Source of the DNA: Frankiaceae bacterium
GTDB lineage: Bacteria; Actinomycetota; Actinomycetes; Frankiales; Frankiaceae
Reading direction: 5' to 3'
Assembly: GCA_036272075.1 (NCBI GenBank)
Contig: DATAZK010000080.1
Span: 1 to 24,000, forward strand
Length of the DNA: 24,000 nt
The notes beneath the pieces were generated by a model. It searched no databases, had not been told where the DNA came from, and was given only the letters and a program-made list of their open reading frames with translations. Shown here one piece after another: positions 8,101-16,583 of the stretch. The translations under genes were made by a program, and so were the position numbers. How positions within the stretch are numbered: the stretch's first letter is position 1; every line of letters begins with the position of its first letter.

Positions 8101-8784
8101 GTGCACCTTGCTGTGAACCTGCTGGACTCCAAGAGCCTGATCTCGTCCTGGGGACTGGCCGGCCTGCTCGCGATCATCTTCGCGGAAACGGGCCTGCTGA
8201 TCGGCTTCTTCCTGCCCGGCGACACGCTGCTCTTCCTGGCGGGCGCGGTGACCATCTCGCACTCCGACCCGCACCTTCCGCTGGCGGGCGTGCTGGTCGG
8301 CACGGCGCTCGCGTCGATCATCGGCGCCCAGGTCGGCTGGCTGATCGGCGCCAAGGCCGGGCCGAAGATCTTCGACCGGCCGCGTTCGCGCCTGTTCGAT
8401 CCGCACAACGTCGCGCGGGCGCACCGGCTGCTCGAACGTTTCCACTACAGCATCGCGATCGTGGTCTCCCGGTTCGTGCCGGTCGTACGAACGTTCATCA
8501 ATCCGGTGTGCGGCGTCGCAGAGATCCCAGCGCGGGCGTTTCTGGCGTGGAACATCGTCGGCGGCATCCTGTGGACTCAGCTGATCGTCCTGCTCGGACG
8601 GGCGCTCGGACCCAAGGTTCACATCGACAAATACATCTTGCCGATCGTCGGCGTGATCATCGTGATCAGCGTCGTCGGGATCCTGCTCGAGGCACGCAAG
8701 GGCGGTAAACGCCTGAAGGCCGCTGATGCCGCTGATGCGGCTGCAGCAGGAGACCAGCAGCCAGCGACGGAGGAGCGGGCCTAG
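8101..8784 (+). CDS. dedA: DedA / SNARE-associated family inner-membrane protein
   Basis: 227-aa ORF with a GTG start. AETGLLIGFFLPGDTLLFLAGA is the DedA signature. Also RFVPVVRTFINPVCG, plus several hydrophobic helices. fba-dedA adjacency is a common actinobacterial arrangement. Confidence 0.9.
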   Translation: MHLAVNLLDSKSLISSWGLAGLLAIIFAETGLLIGFFLPGDTLLFLAGAVTISHSDPHLPLAGVLVGTALASIIGAQVGWLIGAKAGPKIFDRPRSRLFDPHNVARAHRLLERFHYSIAIVVSRFVPVVRTFINPVCGVAEIPARAFLAWNIVGGILWTQLIVLLGRALGPKVHIDKYILPIVGVIIVISVVGILLEARKGGKRLKAADAADAAAAGDQQPATEERA

Positions 8785-8811
8785 CTCACGCGGTGAGTCA
8801 GCGGAGCATGC

Positions 8812-9000
8812 TCAGCGACGCGACGGCGGGGAAGAGTCGTCCTCGTCGGCGTACTCGTCGTCATCATTCGTATCGGCCGGAGCATGACCATTCGCGCGAA
8901 GCTCATTCTCCAACCGGCTGGGATCCCAGTCCGGCGAGGAGTTGTACTTGAGCTCCCGCGCGACCTTTGTCTGCTTGGCCTTGGCACGGCCGCGCCCCAT
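8812..9000 (-). CDS. DUF3073 family small protein (basic N-terminus, acidic C-terminus)
   Basis: The ORF track extends the gene to 9045. I take the internal ATG at 9000, giving MGRGRAKAKQTKVARELKYNSSPDWDPSRLENEL...DDDEYADEDD, the conserved DUF3073 N-terminus. A GAGGGGG Shine-Dalgarno-like run lies 7 nt upstream. Confidence 0.85.
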   Translation of the reverse strand: MGRGRAKAKQTKVARELKYNSSPDWDPSRLENELRANGHAPADTNDDDEYADEDDSSPPSRR

Positions 9001-9158
9001 GGCTCGACCCCCTCGAAAGCTTTCAACGGGGACCTGCCCCGGCACTGATGTCGTGCTTTCAGCGTACAGGCTGCGAGCCAGCCAGGCACGCCGCCCCGTA
9101 AGGCCCGCTGCCGCGATCCTGGCTGTGGCTTGTCAGCGGCCTCTGGCAGGATCGAAGA

Positions 9159-9986
9159 ATGGCTGCCCTCCCTGGTGCGCCCGCTGCTCACCTGCGGGTC
9201 TACGAGCCGATGGCGGCATTTTCCGAAGAGGAGCAGCAGCGCTACACGGCCCTGAGCAAAAGCGGTGACGTGCCCGGCCGCTCAGCCAGTGATCGCGATG
9301 AGCGTTCGGCCGCCGTCCGAGCCGCGGTGCGCAGGACGCTCGACCTCCCCGAAGGGCCCGTCCTGATCGAGCCGGTCGACGGGCTGCTGTTCGTCTGCCC
9401 GCTCCGGACCCGGCTGCGAGCCCTCATCGCGGCCGGCGAATTCCGCTCGGGAATGGCCGACACCCTCGCTGACGCGTTCATCCCCGCCGGGCTGGCCGAG
9501 CAGGCCGAGTCCGACCTCGAGAAGTGGCGCCGGCGGATGCCGACCATGAAGGTCGCGGTCGTCTCCTGCACCTATCTCGTGCCGCTGCCCTGGTTCGTCC
9601 CCTTCGAGCCGGGCGAGCGGGTGCTCGTCACCGGCAAGGGCGAGCGTTCGATGCGCTACATCGCGCCGATGAGTGCCGCCCGCCGCCGCACCGCCCGGGC
9701 GCTGGCCACCTTGCGGCGCGCGCTGCCCGACGCTCCGACGGTCGCCGGTCTCGAGCAGCTCGGTCGCTGGCTCGAGGATTTCCACCCGCACTCGCGGGTC
9801 GAGCTCGACTACGCCGGACTCGTCGAGCTGCTCACCGACGAGGAGTTGCGCGAGGACGTCTCGGTCGCCGACATCGCCGAATCGCTGACCGCCCTCAGCG
9901 AGGGAAACGGTGCCGATGCCGTCGCCGCGTACGAGCGGGTGATCGGCCGGTGGAGGCCGCTGCAGCAGCTCGAGACCGCGAGCTGA
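9159..9986 (+). CDS. Conserved actinobacterial protein of unknown function
   Basis: 275-aa ORF with an ATG start and good GC3. The sequence AHLRVYEPMAAFSEEEQQRY...VCPLRTRLRAL...VVSCTYLVPLPWF...YAGLVELLTDEELREDVSV has no catalytic motif I recognise. It lies between DUF3073 and bldC, as in other actinomycetes (recalled synteny, not verified). Confidence 0.7.
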   Translation: MAALPGAPAAHLRVYEPMAAFSEEEQQRYTALSKSGDVPGRSASDRDERSAAVRAAVRRTLDLPEGPVLIEPVDGLLFVCPLRTRLRALIAAGEFRSGMADTLADAFIPAGLAEQAESDLEKWRRRMPTMKVAVVSCTYLVPLPWFVPFEPGERVLVTGKGERSMRYIAPMSAARRRTARALATLRRALPDAPTVAGLEQLGRWLEDFHPHSRVELDYAGLVELLTDEELREDVSVADIAESLTALSEGNGADAVAAYERVIGRWRPLQQLETAS

Positions 9987-10187
9987 GCGGGTGTCCGAGC
10001 GTCGCTTGCCGGACCTCCGAAAGCAGTGGAAACGCCCATAAGTTCGCAGGACGAAACTGCACTCCGCATACACAACCGGTGACTAGTCCTCGAATGACCC
10101 GCTTGGACCATTTCGGACATCAGGGTCACGTTGGACAATATGTGAGTGCTGTCGGCCCCGTGCCCTCAGCGGGCGGAAGGAAACGAC

Positions 10188-10394
10188 ATGACTGCGCACA
10201 CCCCCGAGAGCGAGCCCCTGCTCACCCCGGCGGAGGTCGCCACCATGTTCCGCGTCGACCCCAAAACGGTGACGCGTTGGGCCAAGAGCGGCAAGCTGAC
10301 GTCGATTCGCACGCTCGGCGGCCACCGTCGCTATCGCGAGACCGAGGTTCGCCGGCTGCTGTCCGGTATCCCGTCGCCGCGTACCGACGACTGA
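10188..10394 (+). CDS. bldC: BldC, a small MerR/excisionase-like DNA-binding developmental regulator
   Basis: From the ATG at 10188 (GGAAGG 7 nt upstream): MTAHTPESEPLLTPAEVATMFRVDPKTVTRWAKSGKLTSIRTLGGHRRYRETEVRRLLSGIP. This is near-identical in pattern to Streptomyces BldC (68 aa, helix-turn-helix only, no effector domain). I reject the ORF-track start at 10146. Confidence 0.92.
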   Translation: MTAHTPESEPLLTPAEVATMFRVDPKTVTRWAKSGKLTSIRTLGGHRRYRETEVRRLLSGIPSPRTDD

Positions 10395-10414
10395 CCTCTA
10401 CCTCCTGCGTGACT

Positions 10415-10441
10415 GCGCCCGGCCGGGTACCGGCCGGGCGC
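10415..10441 (+). terminator. GC-rich hairpin downstream of bldC (candidate terminator or attenuator without a U-tract)
   Basis: gcgcccggccg-ggtac-cggccgggcgc, a perfect 11-12 bp stem 21 nt after the bldC stop. It has no T-run, so it resembles the tail-less hairpins seen in actinobacteria. Confidence 0.4.
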
Positions 10442-10530
10442 CTCTGTGCGCCCAGGAGTCGCTGACGCGGGCGCGCGAGCCCCAGTAGCGACGGCATGCC
10501 GCCTTTCGCGCGAGGGGTGCACCGGATTTC

Positions 10531-13071
10531 GTGGAATCCGTGGCTCAATCGCCCTATGGGGGCGTCGATAGTGCGGCTGACATGAGGGCCTTGCACAGGA
10601 ATTCCGGTGTGCGCACCGATGAATCCGGTGTGGCGAGCATTGACCTCGGCTCGGCCGTCCTCGACCTCGACGCTGCCGGCGCTGTGACGGCGGCCCAAGG
10701 GGCTGTGGCGGTGCTTCTCGGCGGGAACTCCGCTGATTTGGTTGGGCAACCGTTGATAAATCTCGTCCACCGGGAAGACCGGCCGGCGTTGGAATCCCTG
10801 CTGCGCCGGCTCATCCCGGGGGGTCCGGCCGGTCGGTTGGACTGCCGGATGTGCTCAGGGGACGGCGCCTGGCGGTGGACGGAGTTGTCGGCCGCGCGGG
10901 AGGACGGGAACCCGGGCGCTCCGGGTGCCCTGCGCGTCGCACTGCACGACGCCAGCCGCGCCCGAGCCGCGGAGCAACAGGTGCGTGAAACCCAGTCGCT
11001 GCTGCAGGCGTTGCTCGCGCACATCCCGGCGGCGGTCAGCGTTCGTGACCCGCAGGGCAGGCTGCTGTCGGTCAACCGGGAGTTCACGCGGATTGTGGGC
11101 CCAGGCGGCGCTCACCCCGAGGTTCTGCTCGGCCGGGTCGACGCGGACTGGCGTGAAGACGCGCCCCCCAGCGTGAGCAAGGTGCTCGAAGAGGGCCGGG
11201 CGCACGAGCGCGATGTGGTGGTCACCCTTCCCACCGGCGACGTGCGTACCTACTCCGACATCCGCTTCCCGGTCTTCGGTCCCGATGGCCGTCCGGCGGC
11301 GGTCGGCGAGATCGCCACCGACGTCACGGAATTGCGCTCCGCCCAACTGGAGAGCACGCGTCGGCGTGGGGAGTCCGAGGATCGCTACCGGCTGCTGGCC
11401 GAGCACTCGCTCGACGTCATCGCGCGCATGCGTCCCAACGGCACCTTCAGCTACGTCTCCCCGGCATCCAGCGACGTGCTCGGCTTCGAGCCTGACGAGC
11501 TGACCGGATCCGACCCGCCGGGCGGCCGGGTGCACCCGGAGGATCAGGCGGTTGTTGCTGATGCGATCTCGCGCGTGGTGGTCGGCGGTCCCCCCAAGAC
11601 GCTCAGCTACCGCTTCCTGCACGGCAACGGCTCGTGGCGCTGGCTCGAAACCACCTGGAGCGCGATCCCGATCACGCCGGGCCCGGGTGATCCGGCCAGC
11701 GCGGAGTACGAACTCTTCGCTGCGACGCGGGATGTCTCCGAGCGGTACGCGGCGCAGCAGCAGCTCGAGCAGCTCGCGTTACGCGACGGGCTCACCGGGC
11801 TCGCGAACCGTGCGCTGCTCACCGACCGGCTCACCACCGCCATCGAGCGGCTGGAACGCCGGGGCGGGGCGGTCGCTGTCTACCTGATCGACCTCGACCA
11901 CTTCAAGGCCATCAACGACACCTTCGGTCACGCCGGCGGTGACGCCGTCATCGTCGAAGCCGGACGGCGGCTGATCCGGGCTTCCCGGGCGGGCGACACC
12001 GTGGCCCGTCTCGGGGGCGACGAGCTGATCCTGGTCGCGGAAGTCGCCGGCACGCGCGAGGCCGAGGCGCTCGGCCGGCGACTCCTGGACCATCTGCGCA
12101 AGCCGTATCCCGAGCCGGTGGGCTCGGTGTGCACGTCGTCGATCGGGCTCGCGCTCGCACGCGATTACCGCTGCGATCCGGACGGTCTGCTTCAGCGCGC
12201 CGATGTCGCGCTCTACGCGGCCAAGCAGGCGGGACGCGATCGGGTCGAGGTTTTCGCGGGTGCCGTGCAACGCCGCCTCGGGCGACGGCGCGCCGTCGAG
12301 CAGCAGGTGCGGAACGCCCTCGCGAACGACGGGCTGACGCTGCACTACCAGGCGCTGGCCGACCTCGAATCCGGGACGGTCGTCGCGGCCGAGGCGCTGG
12401 CGCGCTTGGACAGTCCCGACGGGCTGCCGATCGCGCCGGACATCTTCATCGGCGTGGCCGAGGAGACCGGGCTGATCGCCGAACTGGACCGCTGGGTGAT
12501 TGCCCGGGTCATCAGGCAGATCAAGGAACTTCGCAGCAGTGGCAACGGACGTTGCCCGGTGATTTCGGTCAACGTCTCGGCCCGGACGTTGGCCGCTCCG
12601 GAGTTCGCCGGCTGGCTGGGTGAGGCGCTCGCCGCGTCGGACCTCGACGGCGGCGGCCTCTCGCTGGAACTGACCGAGCGCACGCTGCTGGTCGCCGGTG
12701 AGACCGTCGAGCGCACGCTTGCCTCGCTCGCGGAGATGGGCGTCGGCGTGGGGCTCGACGACTTCGGCACCGGCTGGTCGTCCCTGCGCTACCTGTCGGA
12801 GCTGTCGCTCGATTTCGTCAAGCTCGACCGCAGCTTCACCGCGGAGCTTGCTCCCGACGGCCGCAAGCACGACTTCGCGAGGGCGATCTGCGGGCTGGCG
12901 CGCTCACTCGGGCTCGTCGTCGTCGCCGAAGGTATCGAGACCCGCAACCAGGTTGATCTGCTGCGGGAGGCGGGCTGCGACCTCGGTCAGGGGTACGCGA
13001 TCTCGCGCCCGGGCCCGGTCGATCAACTCCCGGCGCACGTGTCGCTCGCCGATCTGACGACCGCAACCTGA
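10531..13071 (+). CDS. Multi-PAS GGDEF-EAL protein (c-di-GMP synthase/phosphodiesterase family)
   Basis: 846-aa ORF with a GTG start. The N-terminal half has about three PAS-like modules. GGDEF domain: DGLTGLANR...DLDHFKAINDTFGH...RAGDTVARLGGDELILV. EAL domain: YQALADL...AAEALARL, ISVNVS, LELTE, DDFGTGWSSLRYL, VKLDRSF, VVAEGIET, QGYAISRP. Confidence 0.93.
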   Translation: MESVAQSPYGGVDSAADMRALHRNSGVRTDESGVASIDLGSAVLDLDAAGAVTAAQGAVAVLLGGNSADLVGQPLINLVHREDRPALESLLRRLIPGGPAGRLDCRMCSGDGAWRWTELSAAREDGNPGAPGALRVALHDASRARAAEQQVRETQSLLQALLAHIPAAVSVRDPQGRLLSVNREFTRIVGPGGAHPEVLLGRVDADWREDAPPSVSKVLEEGRAHERDVVVTLPTGDVRTYSDIRFPVFGPDGRPAAVGEIATDVTELRSAQLESTRRRGESEDRYRLLAEHSLDVIARMRPNGTFSYVSPASSDVLGFEPDELTGSDPPGGRVHPEDQAVVADAISRVVVGGPPKTLSYRFLHGNGSWRWLETTWSAIPITPGPGDPASAEYELFAATRDVSERYAAQQQLEQLALRDGLTGLANRALLTDRLTTAIERLERRGGAVAVYLIDLDHFKAINDTFGHAGGDAVIVEAGRRLIRASRAGDTVARLGGDELILVAEVAGTREAEALGRRLLDHLRKPYPEPVGSVCTSSIGLALARDYRCDPDGLLQRADVALYAAKQAGRDRVEVFAGAVQRRLGRRRAVEQQVRNALANDGLTLHYQALADLESGTVVAAEALARLDSPDGLPIAPDIFIGVAEETGLIAELDRWVIARVIRQIKELRSSGNGRCPVISVNVSARTLAAPEFAGWLGEALAASDLDGGGLSLELTERTLLVAGETVERTLASLAEMGVGVGLDDFGTGWSSLRYLSELSLDFVKLDRSFTAELAPDGRKHDFARAICGLARSLGLVVVAEGIETRNQVDLLREAGCDLGQGYAISRPGPVDQLPAHVSLADLTTAT

Positions 13072-13118
13072 CCCAGCGGCGGCGCGGGAAGTCCGGCGCG
13101 ATAGGAACGACCTGACAG

Positions 13119-14318
13119 GTGGTGATGTTCTTGAGTCCGCGACCCTCGCTGGACCTGCTCGACGGCGACTTCTATCTCGACCCGTATGCGACCTATGCCT
13201 GGCACCGGGAGAACGCCCCGGTCGCGTGGGATGCGGTCAACGAGCTCTGGGGCGTCTTTCGCTACGACGACATCGTCGACATCGAGACGCGTGACCGAGA
13301 GTTCATCAATTCCGACACGGCCAAGGGCGGCTACCGTCCCAACCTTCCGGCCGACCCGGCGATCATCGGGCTGGACAACCCGCTGCACGCGCAGCGCCGC
13401 AAGATCGTCAGCCGCCGGTTCACCCCGCGCACGATCGCCGGCCGCGAGGACCACATCCGCGAGGTCGTGAACGAGCTGATCGACGCTGCCCTGGCGAAGG
13501 GCGAGGGGGTCGAGATCATCGACGAGCTGGCCGCCCCGCTGCCGGCCCGGATGATCGGCTGGCTGCTCGGCTTTCCGGAAACGGACTGGCGCCTGCTCAA
13601 GCAATGGTCCGAAGAGACGATCCAGCTCGGCGGCGGCCCGCGTTACTTCGACGAGGCCGGCATGACGAGTTCGGCGGCGTTCTTCGCCGCTGCTGAAGAG
13701 CTGTATGAGGAGAAGAAGCGCTGCCCGGCCGACGACATCATGACGATCTGGACCGAGGCCCAGATCGATGGCCGGCCGATGAACCTGGCCGAGGTGCGCT
13801 CCGACGGGCTGCTGATTCTCGATGGCGGCGCGGAGACGACCCGCACCGTCATCGCCCGCACCCTGCTCAACCTCATCGCCAATCCCGAGCAGTGGGCGGC
13901 ACTGCGCGCAGGTGCCGATATCACCTGCGCTGTCGAGGAATTCATCCGCTACGTGACGCCGATCCACAACATGTGCCGGGTGGCGACGCAGGACTGCGAG
14001 ATCGGCGGCGCGCAGATCAAGGCGGGCCAGCAGCTCGTGCTGATGTACGGGTCGGCCAATCGCGACCCGGCGCATTTTGCCGATCCCGAGAAGCTGGATG
14101 TGACGCGCAAGCCGAACGAGCACATCGCGTTCGGGCTGGGCACGCATTTCTGCCTCGGCGCCGGGCTTGCGCGGCTGGAGATCAAGGTGTTCTTCGAGGA
14201 GTTCGTCCGGCGAGTGAGCGAGCTGCGGCTCTCGCCGAGCGGGTCCATCGTGGAGATGCCGAATGCGTTCGTCTACGGGCTTCGCTCGGCGGATCTGGAC
14301 TTGGTGGCTGCCTCCTAA
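13119..14318 (+). CDS. Cytochrome P450 monooxygenase
   Basis: 399-aa ORF. I-helix LILDGGAETTR, ExxR in VEEFIRYVTP, and the heme-thiolate loop FGLGTHFCLGAGLARLE. The start is ambiguous (GTG 13119 or ATG 13125). No adjacent ferredoxin gene is visible. Confidence 0.93.
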   Translation: MVMFLSPRPSLDLLDGDFYLDPYATYAWHRENAPVAWDAVNELWGVFRYDDIVDIETRDREFINSDTAKGGYRPNLPADPAIIGLDNPLHAQRRKIVSRRFTPRTIAGREDHIREVVNELIDAALAKGEGVEIIDELAAPLPARMIGWLLGFPETDWRLLKQWSEETIQLGGGPRYFDEAGMTSSAAFFAAAEELYEEKKRCPADDIMTIWTEAQIDGRPMNLAEVRSDGLLILDGGAETTRTVIARTLLNLIANPEQWAALRAGADITCAVEEFIRYVTPIHNMCRVATQDCEIGGAQIKAGQQLVLMYGSANRDPAHFADPEKLDVTRKPNEHIAFGLGTHFCLGAGLARLEIKVFFEEFVRRVSELRLSPSGSIVEMPNAFVYGLRSADLDLVAAS

Positions 14319-14327
14319 CCCGTCGGG

Positions 14328-15281
14328 TCAGGTGACGACGGGCTGCCCGATCTGGTCCTGCGACCACGCCCAGAGCCGCTCGGCGACCTCGGCGTCGATC
14401 GCGTGCGGCGCGACCCCGTGCGTGCGTGCCTCGTCGGCGGGCTCGGCGATGTGGACGTCCTCGAGGTAGCGCCCACCCTTGCCGGCGAGGTCGGGCGAGG
14501 TGGCCGCCCAGACGCTCGTGGCGGCACCGGCGGGGATGGACTTCAGCGTCAGCGCTCCGGCCGGTGCGCGCGAGGCCATGGCCTTGAAGTCGTCACGCGA
14601 GAGGTGACGCGAGAGCTCGGTGGCGATGACTCCGGGGTGGACGGCGAAGCTGTGAATCCCCTTGTCTGCCAGGCGCTTTTCCAGCTCGACGGTGAACAGG
14701 ATGTTGGCGCTCTTGGACTGCCCGTAGGCCTCGAACTTGTCATACGGCCGGGTCCGGTAGTGCGGGTCGTCGAAGTTGATCCCGCCGCGGAAATGCCCGC
14801 GCGAGCTGAGATTGACGATGCGGACGTCGCCGCCCGCGTCGGCGGCTTTGCGGAGGGCGGGGAGCAGCTCGCCGGTCAGCGCGAAGTGGCCGAGGTGGTT
14901 GGTGCCGAGCTGCATGTCGAAGCCGTCGGTGGTCTGCGCCTGGGGGCAGGCCATCACACCAGCGTTGTTGATCAACAGATCGAGGCTGTCGTGCTCGGCC
15001 CGGAAGCTCTCGCCGAACGCCCGCACGCTTGCGAGCGAACCGAGGTCGAGCTCGCGGATCTCGAGCTGCGCGTCCGGAACCGACTCGCGAATCTGCGCGG
15101 CGGCCTTCTCGCCTTTCGCCACATCGCGCACCGCCATCACGACCCGGGCTCCCGCAGAGGCGAGTGCCCGCGCCGTCTCGACGCCGATGCCGGCGGACGC
15201 GCCCGTCACGACGGCGAGCTTTCCGGTCAGGTCGATTCCGGCGATGACCTCGTCGGTGGTGGTGTCTGCTCCGTATGCCAT
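14328..15281 (-). CDS. Short-chain dehydrogenase/reductase (classical SDR, retinol-dehydrogenase-like)
   Basis: [18 protein letters not shown] (TGxxxGIG), LINNAGVM (NNAG), YGQSK (YxxxK). The ORF track starts at the TTG at 15293. I prefer the in-frame ATG at 15281 (MAYGADTTT...). Confidence 0.9.
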   Translation of the reverse strand: MAYGADTTTDEVIAGIDLTGKLAVVTGASAGIGVETARALASAGARVVMAVRDVAKGEKAAAQIRESVPDAQLEIRELDLGSLASVRAFGESFRAEHDSLDLLINNAGVMACPQAQTTDGFDMQLGTNHLGHFALTGELLPALRKAADAGGDVRIVNLSSRGHFRGGINFDDPHYRTRPYDKFEAYGQSKSANILFTVELEKRLADKGIHSFAVHPGVIATELSRHLSRDDFKAMASRAPAGALTLKSIPAGAATSVWAATSPDLAGKGGRYLEDVHIAEPADEARTHGVAPHAIDAEVAERLWAWSQDQIGQPVVT

Positions 15282-15386
15282 GAGAGCAGCCAACCACCGG
15301 CCGCTGTCGCCCGCTGGGCCGGGGCCGGGCTACCCTCCTGAGAACGGCATTTCACTGTGTTGGTTCAGCCCCCAGAGGAGTTGGCT

Positions 15387-16574
15387 GTGAGCGACGCCGA
15401 GCTTTTCCTTCCCGATCCGCTTCCCCGCGAGGTGAAGTACACGGTCATTTCGGTGGACGACCACGTGGTCGAGCCCCCGCACACGTTCGAGGGCCGCATC
15501 CCCCAGCATCTCGCCGACAAGGCCCCTCGAATCATCGAGACCCCGCAGGGCCACCAGGTGTGGGAGTTCGAAGGGCAGACGTTCACCCAGGTCGGGATGA
15601 ACGCGGTCGCCGGGCGGCGCAAGGAGACGGTCAAGCTCGAGCCGTTCCGTTTCGAGCACATGCGCCCGGGCTGCTACGACATCGGGCCGCGCATCAAGGA
15701 CATGGATATCAGCGGGGTGTGGGCGTCGGTCAACTTCCCGTCGCAGATCACCGGATTCTGCGGCCGGGTGTTCTTCAACGCCCAGGACCGTGAGCTCGGC
15801 ATGGCGTGCATAAAGGCCTGGAACGATTGGCTTTTCGAGGAGTGGCACGAGCCGTATCCGGAGCGGATCGTCCCGCTGGGGATCACGTTCCTGGCCGACC
15901 CGGAGCTCGCGGTGGCGGAGATTCGCCGGTGCGGCGAGCGCGGCTTCACAGCGATGACGTTCCCCGAGCGTCCCCACATGATCGGCTTGCCCTCACTGTG
16001 GGATCGCGACCATTGGGATCCGATCCTGCAGGCGATGGTCGACACCGACATGGCGATCTGCCTGCACGTCGGCAGCTCGGGATTGAACCAGGCACCTCCC
16101 GGCGCACCCTCGCTGCAGCTCGGCGCCACGCTCTTTTCCGCGGTGTCGCTGAATGCGTGTGCCGAATGGGTGTGGTCGGGCTACCCCTTGCGCATGCCGA
16201 AGCTCAAGATCGTCATGAGCGAAGGTGGAATCGGCTGGGTCGCGATGCTGCTCGACCGGCTCGACAACATCATCGATCGGTCGGGCTACGGCCTGGGCTG
16301 GGACCAGCGTCCCGCCGACGTCCTGAAGCGCAACTTCTCGTTCTGCACCATCGACGACCCGTCGACGATCGACACCCGCCATCGCATCGGTATCGAGAAC
16401 ATCATGTTCGAGACCGACTATCCGCATGGCGACGGCACCTGGCCCGACACGCAGCTCGTGCTGGAGAAGGCCTGGGGTCACATCCCCCCGGCCGAGCTGC
16501 GCGCCATGTGCAGCGAGAATGCCGCTCGCGTCTTCCGTCACCCGCTGCCGTCCGTCGTCCTGCCGCGCGACTGA
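15387..16574 (+). CDS. Amidohydrolase_2 (PF04909-like, TIM-barrel metal-dependent hydrolase/decarboxylase superfamily) protein, paralogue A
   Basis: ...VISVDDHVVEPPHTFEGRIP...MNAVAGRRKE...MRPGCYDIGPRIKDMDISGV...AWNDWLFEEW...CLHVGSSG...ETDYPHGDGTWP. I prefer the GTG at 15387, preceded by GAGGAG. The ORF track begins at 15357. A 9-nt gap separates it from the next gene. Confidence 0.85.
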   Translation: MSDAELFLPDPLPREVKYTVISVDDHVVEPPHTFEGRIPQHLADKAPRIIETPQGHQVWEFEGQTFTQVGMNAVAGRRKETVKLEPFRFEHMRPGCYDIGPRIKDMDISGVWASVNFPSQITGFCGRVFFNAQDRELGMACIKAWNDWLFEEWHEPYPERIVPLGITFLADPELAVAEIRRCGERGFTAMTFPERPHMIGLPSLWDRDHWDPILQAMVDTDMAICLHVGSSGLNQAPPGAPSLQLGATLFSAVSLNACAEWVWSGYPLRMPKLKIVMSEGGIGWVAMLLDRLDNIIDRSGYGLGWDQRPADVLKRNFSFCTIDDPSTIDTRHRIGIENIMFETDYPHGDGTWPDTQLVLEKAWGHIPPAELRAMCSENAARVFRHPLPSVVLPRD

Positions 16575-16583
16575 GGAGTCCTC

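Noticed and set aside
9001-9045. N-terminal extensions in the ORF track for DUF3073 (start 9045) and bldC (start 10146)
   Set aside because: The internal ATGs reproduce the conserved family N-termini (MGRGRAKAK... and MTAHTPESEPLLTPAEV...) and have Shine-Dalgarno-like runs at proper spacing. The extensions add non-conserved sequence.
10133-10145. GGACaatatGTGA upstream of bldC, a near-match to the BldD box TNAC-N5-GTNA; also the thrice-repeated (T)TGGAC/TCGGAC and a possible TCGGAC-17-CAATAT promoter in 10100-10141
   Set aside because: The left half-site has G where the box requires T. A 13-nt near-match is expected by chance, and I cannot assess conservation. The promoter hexamers are weak. 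It is worth an EMSA but is not supportable as a feature.
11779-14147. Long minus-strand ORFs (363 aa at 11779..12870; 374 aa at 13023..14147) opposite the GGDEF-EAL and P450 genes
   Set aside because: They are antisense to genes with complete catalytic motif sets. They have no motifs of their own and show typical high-GC shadow-ORF composition.
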